Source: an uncultured Verrucomicrobiae bacterium (GTDB lineage: Bacteria > Verrucomicrobiota > Verrucomicrobiia > Chthoniobacterales > JAATET01). Taken from it: 64,000 nt of DNA. The position numbers were made by a program, and so were the translations under genes. The stretch is taken from contig CAVRCI010000002.1 of NCBI GenBank assembly GCA_963719495.1, positions 128,001-192,000 of the forward strand, given 5' to 3'. The notes below the pieces were generated by a model that was not told where the DNA came from, searched no databases, and worked only from the letters and a program-made list of their open reading frames with translations. Within the stretch, counting starts at the first letter, position 1. Each line of letters begins with the position of its first letter. Positions 31,758-42,383 of this stretch are shown here, piece by piece.

Positions 31758-32426
31758 CTAGGGGTTGGCTGCAGCGCCTTGTTCGGTGTATTTGAGTTCG
31801 AACTTACTAGTGAGTGATGAAAAAACAATTTCTTCATCATTCCAAAAGAAGCGAATATGAGGCGTCGGGCGAAAGATGTAGTCAGAGTAGGAAATGAAAC
31901 TGTCGCGCTCGTTTTCGGAAATGACACCCATTTTAGAGTATTCAGATATCGAATGACGATATTTGTATGCTGTGGACGCGTAATGAAAAAGTATCTTATC
32001 AATCGCTCTTCGCTGCATTTTACATTCCGCGCTTTCGGGATCTACAGGACTTTGATATGAACTCCTGCTTAGAGAGGGGCGGATACGGATAATTAACCGC
32101 CCGTTGCTTCTTAAAAGTCCATTCTCCACGTAACCGCCCATGCGCCCATCGGATGAACTAGCTCCTAGAGCTTGGGCATAGCCAGTGCGCGTCGTCAGGG
32201 AGAAGTGACCTTGACCATCGGTGAGGCCCTCTCCTACTGACTGTGACATCATAGGGAAGAATGCAATAGGTGCCCCATATCTTGATGCGCTGACGTTGGC
32301 GAAAGGTTCTGGTCGCTGAAGTGGTTCATTGTAAACGTGACCTTCATAGGTTGTGGGGGGCATGTCCGGGCTCCATGCACAACCAGCGAGTGACGTTGCA
32401 AAAAGAACAGACGCAAACAATTTCAT
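31758..32426 (-). CDS. Lipoprotein
   Basis: Lipobox SLAGC; TDGQGHFSL. Confidence 0.78.
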   Translation of the reverse strand: MKLFASVLFATSLAGCAWSPDMPPTTYEGHVYNEPLQRPEPFANVSASRYGAPIAFFPMMSQSVGEGLTDGQGHFSLTTRTGYAQALGASSSDGRMGGYVENGLLRSNGRLIIRIRPSLSRSSYQSPVDPESAECKMQRRAIDKILFHYASTAYKYRHSISEYSKMGVISENERDSFISYSDYIFRPTPHIRFFWNDEEIVFSSLTSKFELKYTEQGAAANP

Positions 32427-32558
32427 AATTTACCGAACGTCAAGCTCAGCCACCCTGAGCGGGCAATCAAGCCAACCCTGAGGTGAGCTGCCAATAGCGG
32501 GAGCGAGCAACCCCAGCCAGCGAAGCGGCTAGGGGTTGGCTGCAGCGCCTTGTTCGGA

Positions 32559-32827
32559 TCCGCATCTTCGTGGTCCCGTCGGATCTAAAATCTGCAGCCT
32601 TGCTCGCCGCCATGCCGAGTGATGATCGAGCCATACCAGCGAGTCAGACCGATGCGCTTCGATACGGAAATTGACGTCGAACGGACTGCGCAAAAATACC
32701 TTGGTTTGGGCTTCCGGCCAGGAAAATCAACCTTATTGTGGACACCTTCCGAATACACCCAATTTATACAAAGCAAATTACAAACGAGCTTGTCTGCAGT
32801 TTGGGCGCCGTAGAACAGGGGCATAGG
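32559..32827 (-). repeat. Family D copy
   Basis: Similar to 16972-17240. Confidence 0.85.
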
Positions 32828-32956
32828 TCCGAACGTCAAGCTCAGCCACCCTGAGCGGGGCAACGAACGTCTAGGCAAGGTGTTTGCCGGAAGGGGATCG
32901 GTCGGCCAAGGCTTGCCTCAGGCCGGCTAGGGGTTGGCTGCAGCGCCTTGTTCGTC

Positions 32957-33292
32957 GGAAGAGGTGACTGCACAATGGAGGACCCGATCGTCCGACAGGC
33001 CGACGATGGTCAAACCCAGCAAGCGGCTTCGTTAGAGCATTCAGTAGAAGAGGCTTCTGTGGTCCAGATTGACTACGCATTATAAATATATTGCTCGTGA
33101 CAAGAGCAGGCCGGAACGGATTCTGGATGGATCTACTCATGCCGCGTGAGCGCCCCAAGCGTGCATGGCAGGCGAATAATCGTTGGCGTCGAATCGGGAG
33201 TGATCAATAGAAAACCAGAATCGTGCTCAATCGTATGCCGAAGGGAATCGAACAACTCTGAACCTTCCCTTGATCTCAACCCCAATAAATCA
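32957..33292 (-). repeat. Family A copy (336 bp)
   Basis: Tandem pair with the next cassette. Confidence 0.9.
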
Positions 33293-33421
33293 GGCGAACG
33301 TCAAGCTCAGCCACCCTGAGCGGAGCAACGAACGTCCAGGCAAGGTGTTTGCTGGAGGGGGATCGGTCGGCCAAGGCTTGCCTCAGGCCGGCTAGGGGTT
33401 GGCTGCAGCGCCTTGTTCGTC

Positions 33422-33757
33422 GGAAACGGTGACTGCACAATGGAGGACCAGAGCGTCCGACAGGCTGAGGATGATCAAATCCAGCAAACGGCTTCGTTAG
33501 AGCATTCAGTAGAAGATGCTTCTGAGGTCCAGATTGACTCCGCATTATAAATATATTGCTCGTGATAGGAGCAGGCCGGAACGGAATTTGGATGGATCTA
33601 CTCATGCCGCGTGAGCGCCCCAAGCGTGCATGGCAGGCGAATAATTCTTTGCGTCGAATCGGGAGTGATCAATGGAAAACCAGAATCGTGCTCAATCGTA
33701 TGCCGAAGTGAATCGAGCAAATCTGAAATTTTCCTTGATCTAAACCCCAATATATCA
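33422..33757 (-). repeat. Family A copy (336 bp)
   Basis: One of 13 copies. Confidence 0.9.
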
Positions 33758-33910
33758 GGCGAACGTCAAGCTCAGCCACCCTGAGCGGGTAGCCGAGCCG
33801 ACCCTGAGGTGAGCTGCCGGTAGCGGGACCGAGCAACCCCAGCCAGCGAAGCGGCTAGGGGTTGGCTGCAGCGCCTTGTTCGGCTGTATTGTATTGTATT
33901 GTATTGTATT

Positions 33911-34177
33911 TTATTTATTTAGAGATCCGAATGACCAGTGAGTTGTAATTGATCCATCTTCCTGCGTTCGGGTCGACGACGTGCCATACCCGAAAGGATA
34001 ATTGTATCCGCCAAACAGTATGAATGAAATGAGCAGGATTTTAACTGTGGTCCAGTAGGATATTCGCTTCCAGCCGAACAGATCCGGAAAGGTGCTATTC
34101 CACAGGAGTTTTAGTAACAGGCATGCGAGTAGAAAGAATAAAGCAATGACTGGCAGGACGAATAAAAGGGGATTCAT
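33911..34177 (-). CDS. Small membrane protein
   Basis: LWN..PDLFGWKRISYW. Confidence 0.72.
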   Translation of the reverse strand: MNPLLFVLPVIALFFLLACLLLKLLWNSTFPDLFGWKRISYWTTVKILLISFILFGGYNYPFGYGTSSTRTQEDGSITTHWSFGSLNK

Positions 34178-34485
34178 TATCTTGATTTTCTATCGTGGTC
34201 AGTCGTACGTTGCGAGGATATGCGAGTTATAGTGACCGAGTCCAAGAACAGTGTGCGAACAGCAAAGGGTATGCCGCTAACAAAACATTTTATTCCTAAG
34301 TTTTTCGGATCTCGAACGTCTCAAGGCTTCTTAAACCTCCGAAGCCATTTACATGAGCCGAACGTCAAGCTCAGCCACCCTGAGCGGGGCAACGAACGTC
34401 TAGGAAAGGTGTTTGCGGGAAGGGGATCGGTCGGCCAAGGCTTGCCTCAGGCCGGCTAGGGGTTGGCTGCAGCGCCTTGTTCGTC

Positions 34486-34821
34486 GGAAACGGTGACTGC
34501 ACAATGGAGGACCCGATCGTCCGACAGGTCGACGATGGTCAAACCCAGCAAGCGGCTTCGTTAGAGCATTCAGTAGAAGAAACTTCCGAGGTCCAGATTG
34601 ACTCCGCATTATTAATATATTGCTCACGACAGGAGCCGGGCGTAACGGATTTTGGATTGATCTACTCTTGCCGCGTGAGCGCCCCATGAGTACATGGCAG
34701 GGGAATAACCGTTGGCGTCGAATCGGGAAAGATCAATGGAAAACCAGAATCGTGCTCAATCGTATGCCGAAGGGAATCGAGCAACCCTGAACTTGCCCTT
34801 GATCTCAACTTCAATAAATCA
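34486..34821 (-). repeat. Family A copy (336 bp)
   Basis: One of 13 copies. Confidence 0.9.
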
Positions 34822-34942
34822 GGCGAACGTCAAGCTCAGCCACCCTGAGCGGGCGATCAAGCCAACCCTGAGGTGAGCTGCCAATAGCGGGACCGAGCAA
34901 CCCCAGCCAGCGAAGCGGCTAGGGGTTGGCTGCAGCGCCTTG

Positions 34943-35482
34943 TTAGCCCTCATTTGATATTTTCATGTATTGAAACATTGGATACCCCGCCCATCCGTTG
35001 GGGAGAACAATCACTCTTGCATGAACGGGTTGCTCTGGTGAATCGGATTGCGAAGGAGCGTAGGTGTGAATGATATGGACATAATAAGAATATTTTCCTC
35101 TTGGTTTGTCTTTGTTCGTGGTTGAGGTGGAAGATATACGTTCAATTGAGACAAGCTCTGTCGATAGGAGCTTATTCTTACTTTTGCTCGAACTTGGTAG
35201 GTTATCTCCGTGGAAAGATTCTGCGCGGTTATAGGCATCTTTGAACGTAAAACCATATGCAGAGGGATCGTCCAAATCTACTGGCTCGATCGAGTCCCAT
35301 AGCTTCTTCGGGGCTATGAATGTCATGAAGACCTTCTCCGAACGTATAACTTCTTCTTTGGTGGATAAGACCGTATCCCCGCCTTGTGGGATAAACGGGA
35401 TGCAATAGCGCTCCTCTGCAGAACGTGTAATGTGCGCGGTGGAAAGAAGTAGTGCAGCGAGTAGGATTGGATGTGTATTCAT
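34943..35482 (-). CDS. Secreted hypothetical protein
   Basis: Signal peptide; TAA in R''. Confidence 0.72.
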   Translation of the reverse strand: MNTHPILLAALLLSTAHITRSAEERYCIPFIPQGGDTVLSTKEEVIRSEKVFMTFIAPKKLWDSIEPVDLDDPSAYGFTFKDAYNRAESFHGDNLPSSSKSKNKLLSTELVSIERISSTSTTNKDKPRGKYSYYVHIIHTYAPSQSDSPEQPVHARVIVLPNGWAGYPMFQYMKISNEG

Positions 35483-35612
35483 GTGATTATGGGCTAACGT
35501 CAAGCTCAGCCACCCTGAGCGGGTAATCAAGCCAACCCCCGGGTGAGCTGCCAATAGCGGGACCGAGCAACCCCGGCCAGCGAAGCGGCTAGGGGTTGGC
35601 TGCAGCGCCTTG

Positions 35613-36098
35613 TTAGCCCTGTATTTTTTCAGGTTCTACAAGTTCAATCGTAGCGTTATTCCGTAGGGTTTCGATAAACTGATCAAGAGTAGGTTGAGTG
35701 GCATCCTTCCTATTCTCTGTTTTGATGGCTTGACGGAGTGCTTGGACCGCCAATTTGTCGGTTTCGACCTGCGTGAAGGAATTCATTGTATAACCTTGGT
35801 CAGCGAGGGATTTATCGAACGCTTCCTGATCTCCCTTGAATTCTTCGTTGAGGATCGTAGTTGTCCGGTCGTTTATCAGTGTGTCAGGAATCGTGTATTT
35901 ACGCCTTTGAAATTCCAGTAATATCAATTTACGATGGATGGCATCGTTACGAAATGTTTCAAAGTCAGGTTTTGATAAGTCATCGATGGATACCATGACT
36001 GGGCTTTTGTCGACGTATGCGCAAACGACCTGCTCTGCAGCCGATGTGATAGCAACTTGAGTCAATAGGAGTAGTGTTGTGACGATGTTTGTTTTCAT
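35613..36098 (-). CDS. SurA N-terminal-domain-like protein
   Basis: Signal peptide; EEFKGDQEAFDKSLADQGYT..LRNNATIE. Confidence 0.7.
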   Translation of the reverse strand: MKTNIVTTLLLLTQVAITSAAEQVVCAYVDKSPVMVSIDDLSKPDFETFRNDAIHRKLILLEFQRRKYTIPDTLINDRTTTILNEEFKGDQEAFDKSLADQGYTMNSFTQVETDKLAVQALRQAIKTENRKDATQPTLDQFIETLRNNATIELVEPEKIQG

Positions 36099-36238
36099 AG
36101 AATTTTATGGGCTAACGTCAAGCTCAGCCACCCTGAGCGGGGAAACGAGCGTCTAGGAAAGGTGTTTGCTGGAGGGGGATCGGTCGGCCAAGGCTTGCCG
36201 TAGGCCGGCTAGGGGTTGGCTGCAGCGCCTTGTTCGTC

Positions 36239-36574
36239 GGAAACGGTGACTGCACAATGGAGGACCTGAGCGTCCGACAGGCTGACGATGATCAAATCCA
36301 GCAAGCGGCTTCGTTAGAGCATTCAGTCGAAGAGGCTTCTGTGGTCCAGATTGACTACGCATTATAAATATATTGCTCGTGACACGAGAAGGGCGGAACG
36401 GATTCTGGATTGATCTACTCTAGCCGCGTGAGCGCCCCAAGCGTGCAGGGCGGGCGAATAACCGTTGGCGTCGAATCGGGAGTGATCAATAGAAAACCAG
36501 AATCGTGCTCAATCGTATGCCGAAGGGAATCGAACAACTCTGAACCTTCCCTTGATCTCAACCCCAATAAATCA
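36239..36574 (-). repeat. Family A copy (336 bp)
   Basis: One of 13 copies. Confidence 0.9.
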
Positions 36575-36701
36575 GGCGAACGTCAAGCTCAGCCACCCTG
36601 AGCGGGCAACCGAGCCAACCCCCAGGTGAGCTGCCAATGGCGGGAACGAGCAACCCCAGCCAGCGAAGCGGCTAGGGGTTGGCTGCAGCGCCTTGTTCGG
36701 A

Positions 36702-36969
36702 TCCGCCCGTCCGTGGTCCCGTTGGATCTGCTATCTACAGCCTTGCTCATTGTCTAGCCGACTGATGATCGAACCATGCCAACGAGTGATACTGATGCTG
36801 GTCGATAGCGAAATACGCAACGAATGAGCTGGGTAAAATACCTTGGTTTGGGCATTCGGATACTCAAAGCAACCTCATTGTGAACACCTTCCGAATACGC
36901 CAATTTTATACAAAGCAAACTACGAACGAGTTTGTTTGCAATTCGGGCGTCCGGCGACTGGGGCATAGG
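36702..36969 (-). repeat. Family D copy
   Basis: Nearly identical to 3134-3401. Confidence 0.85.
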
Positions 36970-37097
36970 TCCGAACGTCAAGCTCAGCCACCCTGAGCGG
37001 GCAATCGAGCCAACCCCCAGGTGAGCTGCCGATAGAGGGACCGAGCAACCCCAGCCAGCGAAGCGGCTAGGGGTTGGCTGCAGCGCCTTGTTAGGCG

Positions 37098-37604
37098 TCA
37101 CAGCTTCTTTAGTCTAGCAGCATACGATGAAGGAAGCAGTGGCTTATGCCTTGAGGCGAGACTGCTGATCATGAAGGCGTAGTCCGAGCTAAACTCCATG
37201 TAACGCATGACCAAGGCAATGTTCTCTCTTCGTTTGACTTCGCTATTGTTGACTGAAGCAAACCACGGAGAATTCGGAATGGGTCCAGAATGATTTGATT
37301 GTCCTGTAGATTCTATTTCTTCACCGGATTTCGCAAAATAGGTGCGAATCGTGCCTCTGATCTTTGAGACTGCGTTCTCGAATCCGTCGCTGTCAGCGTG
37401 AAATAAAACACTCAGTATCCCTAAATATCTCACTCCATATCTGAATGAAGTTGGAAGATTTGAGGTATCCAAAAGAATAGGTTCCACTGATCTACGTCCT
37501 CCACTAAGTCGAATTACATCTTCCGGTGTTAGAACATATTTTACGGCATGTTCGCAGACGGCAACGAACGTCTCGGCAGCGAGGGCGGGAGGCTGGTATT
37601 TCAT
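37098..37604 (-). CDS. SeqA C-terminal-domain-like protein
   Basis: ILSVLF..F..IRGTIRTYFA..PIPNSPWF..NNS..VM..MEF resembles the SeqA DNA-binding domain (by recall). Confidence 0.7.
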   Translation of the reverse strand: MKYQPPALAAETFVAVCEHAVKYVLTPEDVIRLSGGRRSVEPILLDTSNLPTSFRYGVRYLGILSVLFHADSDGFENAVSKIRGTIRTYFAKSGEEIESTGQSNHSGPIPNSPWFASVNNSEVKRRENIALVMRYMEFSSDYAFMISSLASRHKPLLPSSYAARLKKL

Positions 37605-37738
37605 ATTATTTCGCCTAACGTCAAGCTCAGCCACCCTGAACGGGCGAACTGAGGCAACTGGTGATCAACTGCCGGTAGAAGGTCCGCGCAACCCCAGGAG
37701 CGAAGCGGATAGGGGTTGGCTGCAGCGCCTTGTTCGGC

Positions 37739-38045
37739 CAACAGCGCCCAAATAACCGAAAGCTCTGCCATCCTACCATAGGTTTCGTGGTATCAAAAGT
37801 TATCATGATGGAATTGAAATGAGCTGTTGGCTCTTCGAAGATATCTCAAGTTGGCAAAAATAAATTTTTCGCTCCGCGAGTGTTTGATGCAGCGATCGTG
37901 ACAGACTGAAGCCCCGATAAGCCGGAGGAAGCATTGCTGATCGCGGGCCGTCCGCCTTGAGATCGCGGGCCGTCCGCCTTGAGATCTCGTGTAGATGGGG
38001 AGAAGGCGAGCGAGCTACCAATATATTCCTCCGCCGGAGGCTGAA
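37739..38045 (-). repeat. Gene-less cassette family F copy
   Basis: Matches 38811-39096; internal 21-bp duplication. Confidence 0.8.
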
Positions 38046-38182
38046 GCCGAACGTCAAGCTCAGCCACCCTGAGCGGGCAATCAAGCCAACCCTGAGGTGA
38101 GCTGCCGATAGCGGGACCGAGCAACCCCAGCCAGCGAAGCGGCTAGGGGTTGGCTGCAGCGCCTTGTTCGGCTGTATTTGTA

Positions 38183-38470
38183 TCAGAGTAACCGCGCACT
38201 ATGCCAGAATCGAGAAATGAGCACTGCCCGGCGTTGGTGATCTACGCGATAAATGATCCGGTAGGCTCCGTAAACGAGTTGCCGAGTTCTGCCATCATCG
38301 AACTCGGGAACAAGATTGCCCCTATCCGGCAGAATGCAGAGTGAAAGGGCCTCATCAATGAGTTGGTTTCCGAATCTTTCAGCGGCTCTCGGATCGTCAA
38401 AGGAAATATACCGGGCAATCTGACCAAGATCGCGGATTGCCCGTGGCGAGATTAAGACCTTGAAATCCAC
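38183..38470 (-). CDS. ParE/RelE-family toxin
   Basis: SPRAIRDL..YI..PDRG..VPE..YRIIY..WHSAR. Confidence 0.9.
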   Translation of the reverse strand: MDFKVLISPRAIRDLGQIARYISFDDPRAAERFGNQLIDEALSLCILPDRGNLVPEFDDGRTRQLVYGAYRIIYRVDHQRRAVLISRFWHSARLL

Positions 38471-38640
38471 GAGGGAATCATCTGGCGAACGTCCTCAGCG
38501 GGAATACCTTCTCCTCTCTCTAACTCATCGAATCCCTCTCGGACTCCAGCAATGAAGTCAATTTCGCGGGCAATGTCGGCCAGCGAAACCTCGGTTGGAA
38601 GACGCTGAATCAGATCGATTGCGATGTCTTGGCTGCTCAT
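38452..38640 (-). CDS. Putative antitoxin
   Basis: Small acidic ORF overlapping the toxin. Confidence 0.8.
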   Translation of the reverse strand: MSSQDIAIDLIQRLPTEVSLADIAREIDFIAGVREGFDELERGEGIPAEDVRQMIPSWISRS

Positions 38641-38810
38641 GCGATCAAGATGGACGGTGAAACAGATTTTGCAAGACAATCAGAGCCGAACGTCAAGCTC
38701 AGCCACCCTGAACGGGCGATCTGAGGCTGCTGGTGATCAACTGCCGGTAGAAGGTCCGCGCAACCCCAGGAGCGAAGCGGATAGGGGTTGGCTGCAGCGC
38801 CTTGTTCGGC

Positions 38811-39096
38811 CAAAACCGCCCAAACAACCGAAACGTCAGCCAGCCTGCCATAACTTTCATAGTATCAAGAGCATTCATGATAGAATCGAAATGAGCTGAT
38901 TGCTCTTCGGTGATATCTCAAGTTGGCAAAAAATAAATTTTTCGCTCCGCGAGAGGTTGATGCAGCGATCGTGACAGACTGAAGCCCCGATAAGCCGGAA
39001 GAAGCATTGCTGATCGCGGGCCGTCTGCCTTGAGATCTCGTGTAGATGGGGAGAAGGCGACCGAGCTACCAACATATTCCTCCGCCGGAGGCTGAA
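38811..39096 (-). repeat. Family F copy
   Basis: Matches 37739-38045. Confidence 0.8.
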
Positions 39097-39227
39097 GCCG
39101 AACGTCAAGCTCAGCCACCCTGAACGGGCGAACTGAGGCTACTGGTGATCAACTGCCGGTAGAAGGTCCGCGCAACCCCAGGAGCGAAGCGGATAGGGGT
39201 TGGCTGCAGCGCCTTGTTCGGTCTGTA

Positions 39228-39644
39228 TTATCGTGATTGCTCTTTGATGGTTTCAAGCAGCTTCGTATAGGGTGTCCAGATGACCTCTAAACTGGTTGGA
39301 TCGGAGGGAACCACGAAGAATGCATAGCCGACGTGAAGCTCTTCGTGAATAACCGCAACTTTGAGCTCTGGATTTTTAATTGAGCTATACCAAGTGACAA
39401 TACGAACACCTGATTCCTTTTGAGTTGGAAGAATGAAATTGTTGCCTTTTGGAGCTTCTGTAACTGCAAAGCCATTGCTGAGCAAAGCTGACTTGAACTT
39501 GCTTTCAGACTGTGTCGCGTCAGAAGTGGAATTGCTGGTCTGCCCCCAACTGAATGACGCGGAATCTACAATGGGAAGCTTCTTATCTGCGGCGTGGCAG
39601 ACTGAAACTGTGAGCATAACTAAAGATGCGATTTGGATTTTCAT
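39228..39644 (-). CDS. Secreted hypothetical protein
   Basis: Signal peptide. Confidence 0.75.
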   Translation of the reverse strand: MKIQIASLVMLTVSVCHAADKKLPIVDSASFSWGQTSNSTSDATQSESKFKSALLSNGFAVTEAPKGNNFILPTQKESGVRIVTWYSSIKNPELKVAVIHEELHVGYAFFVVPSDPTSLEVIWTPYTKLLETIKEQSR

Positions 39645-39830
39645 AAATTTAATGACCGAACGTCAAGCTCAGCCACCCTGAGCGGGCGACCAAGCCAACC
39701 CCACGGTGAGCTGCAGGTAGCGGGACCGAGCAACCCCAGCCAGCGAAGCGGCTAGGGGTTGGCTGCAGCGCCTTGTTAGGACTGTATTTCCACGTTTCCC
39801 GTTCATTGGAAAGTGCATTGGAACAGTCAC

Positions 39831-40256
39831 TTATTTGAAGTTGTCTGGATTTTGAACATGGTCGATGGCTACCCCCTTCTTTTTGGAGCTTCTCTTTGAA
39901 TAAGTGCAGATGCAAATTAGAAAAGATGCTACGCATGCCGCTTTCAGAATAAGCAGCAAGATCGGCTGAAACCAAGCTCTCGTAAATACCTCGATAAAAT
40001 CTGATAGTCCGAATAAAGCAAATGAGATCGTGCATGCCATCAATATGTCCTGATCTCCCCGACTCTTTTTGCGGTTATTGAGAAATGCAAAGGCGATCGC
40101 CAGCCAGAATACTCCTTCGATGAGATTGAATATCTGGTCTAATTCAAGTCGGGGTATTCGAATAGCGATAAATCCAAGAATCATTGAAGCGATTGCGACT
40201 CCCCATATTCCGAATTCCAAAAATGCGGTAGGGAATGCAGTGTATTGCTTCTTCAT
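39831..40256 (-). CDS. Membrane protein
   Basis: FNLIEG.FW..FGLSDFIEV motif. Confidence 0.78.
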   Translation of the reverse strand: MKKQYTAFPTAFLEFGIWGVAIASMILGFIAIRIPRLELDQIFNLIEGVFWLAIAFAFLNNRKKSRGDQDILMACTISFALFGLSDFIEVFTRAWFQPILLLILKAACVASFLICICTYSKRSSKKKGVAIDHVQNPDNFK

Positions 40257-40398
40257 GAGTCCTAACGTCAAGCTCAGCCACCCTGAACGGGTGATCGAGC
40301 CAACCCTGAGGTGAACTGCCAATAGCGTGACCGAGCAACCCCAGCCAGCGAAGCGGCTAGGGGTTGGCTGCAGCGCCTTGTTAGGTCTGCATCGTGTT

Positions 40399-40674
40399 TT
40401 ATACCAACGTGAATAGTTCTACCGTTCCTCCGGATTTATGAATAGGACTTTGAACCATGATACTCTTGGCAGTATCAATATCTGGAACTTCAATGGCGAT
40501 GTATCCAGTAACTGTCTCTGAAATGCATGAATCAAATCTATTGTTTTTTAGCGAGATGCCATTGTCCAGAGCAGAGCCGCCAATGATGTATCCCTTTTCA
40601 TGGAGCATCGAAAAATAGTCATCCCAGTCATTCGACTGTCCGACGCCATGGTTGATCATGATGTATTTATTCAT
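40399..40674 (-). CDS. YCII-related domain protein
   Basis: GGSAL..TGYIAIE..GGTVEL. Confidence 0.75.
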   Translation of the reverse strand: MNKYIMINHGVGQSNDWDDYFSMLHEKGYIIGGSALDNGISLKNNRFDSCISETVTGYIAIEVPDIDTAKSIMVQSPIHKSGGTVELFTLV

Positions 40675-40870
40675 TTTTGGATTCGAGTCCGGTAAAACTC
40701 TATGTGTTATTTGCAAACTTGCTGTGTGTTTAAATGCATTATTTTGAATGACCTAACGTCAAGCTCAGCCACCCTGAACGGGCGAGCGGAGGCAACTGGT
40801 GATCAGCTGCAGGTAGAGGGTCCGCGCAACCCCAAGAGCGAAGCGGATAGGGGTTGGCTGCAGCGCCTTG

Positions 40871-41185
40871 TTAGGGCTGTATTATGATATAGCTTCCAGG
40901 GTCCGCCGTATCCACCGCTGTGACAATCTTCGGAATGAAGGGCTTGAGAAATGGCCAGCGAATCGTGAAGAGTTCGACAATAGCGATCTTGCGGTTGGAC
41001 AAGTTTTGCTGATACCGGAGGTTCTTGTCTCCGAGGACAAAAACATCGAAGCGGGCGTCAATCAGCTTCATCAACTCACCATTTTTAACGCCGGCCCAAC
41101 CCTGATGTTGCACCGAAGTGGTGGAATGGTGATCGAGATACTTCAGTAGCGGATGAGGAACATTCTCATCAATGATGACCGTCAT
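40871..41185 (-). CDS. PIN-like toxin (DUF5615/VapC45-like)
   Basis: IIDENVP..GW.G.KNGEL..DKNL.YQQNL. Confidence 0.88.
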   Translation of the reverse strand: MTVIIDENVPHPLLKYLDHHSTTSVQHQGWAGVKNGELMKLIDARFDVFVLGDKNLRYQQNLSNRKIAIVELFTIRWPFLKPFIPKIVTAVDTADPGSYIIIQP

Positions 41186-41388
41186 GAATCTGATTGTGCC
41201 AGTCGTAGAAGCTCTTCCGCATCCACTTTTTGAACCGAGGGGAAAAAGCTGATGAAGTCATCCAGAGAGTATCCATCAGTCACGTAGTCCAAAAGCGTCT
41301 GAGCTGGAACGCGACTACCTCTGAAAACGATCGTGCCACCCAGAATTTCTGGGTCGGAGTGAACTGGACTGTGATCTAGCGAGATCAT
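41182..41388 (-). CDS. DUF433 antitoxin
   Basis: DPEILGGTIVFRGSRVP. Confidence 0.9.
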   Translation of the reverse strand: MISLDHSPVHSDPEILGGTIVFRGSRVPAQTLLDYVTDGYSLDDFISFFPSVQKVDAEELLRLAQSDS

Positions 41389-41559
41389 GGCTGGAAGTTA
41401 CTCTAGCTGGGCCTATCTGCAATCTCATATTGCCTCATGCCCTAACGTCAAGCTCAGTCACCCCGAACGGGCGATCTGAGACTCCTTGTGATCAACTGCC
41501 GGCAGAATGTTCGCGCAACCACAGGAGCGAAGCGGCTAGGGGTTGGCTGCAGCGCCTTG

Positions 41560-41985
41560 TTAGGCCGCATTGTATGTGTGTCCTACAGTTTGAACGAGCT
41601 GTGAGAAGAGATCGCTATCATCCTGAATCATTTGTTCAGCGCTTATGAGTCTTGCGGATTTCCCGGCTCCAGTCTTCGTGAATCTGACGCAAATCTGAAA
41701 GATATGAGTAATCTGCATGGGGGTTCTAGATCGCGGCCAGCTACGCTCGTAGAAAACAAAATATGTTGCTTCTTCGTTGCGGAGCTGTCCGGTCCTCAGA
41801 TGCTCTGATTCAGTGGCGCTGATCTTGTCCGATATGTCTGTTGAATCAATTCCATCGGGGATGGATAGGAAAAAGAGCTTTCCATAAATTTCTGGGAGGA
41901 TCTCTAGCTCTGATGAATTCATCATTCCAATCGGATCTCCAACTCCGGCGATCGAATATCTCTGGGTTGCGAGAATGTATGTCAT
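41560..41985 (-). CDS. Cassette hypothetical protein
   Basis: Fills the cassette; TAA in R''. Confidence 0.72.
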   Translation of the reverse strand: MTYILATQRYSIAGVGDPIGMMNSSELEILPEIYGKLFFLSIPDGIDSTDISDKISATESEHLRTGQLRNEEATYFVFYERSWPRSRTPMQITHIFQICVRFTKTGAGKSARLISAEQMIQDDSDLFSQLVQTVGHTYNAA

Positions 41986-42123
41986 AAATTTTTGGCCTAA
42001 CGTCAAGCTCAGCCACCCTGAGCGGGTGACCGAGCCAATCTTGAGGTGAGCTGCCGGTAGCGGGTTCGAGTAACCCCAGCCAGCGAAGCGGCTAGGGGTT
42101 GGCTGCAGCGCCTTGTTAGGCCC

Positions 42124-42381
42124 TCATTTGTCAGCGGACGCGAACGCAAGGATCTTCACATGGCGATCAGCGAAGTCGATCCAGTAGTGTATCGCGAAGC
42201 CGTCAATCACTGAAACATCCAGCAGTCGACCTGTAGAATCGTTCTCGGAGAAGTCCGAATGGCTATCCGGTGATTCCCGAATTCTGTCAAAATGAGTTAG
42301 TAGTCTTAGACGCTTTCGCTTCGTCAGGGAGTCGATATCTCGAACTACTTCAAGATCCACCAGTAGCTTATATGATCTCAA
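42124..42381 (-). CDS. RelE-like toxin
   Basis: I.YWIDFAD..VKIL; paired with a small upstream ORF. Confidence 0.7.
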   Translation of the reverse strand: MRSYKLLVDLEVVRDIDSLTKRKRLRLLTHFDRIRESPDSHSDFSENDSTGRLLDVSVIDGFAIHYWIDFADRHVKILAFASADK

Positions 42382-42383
42382 CT

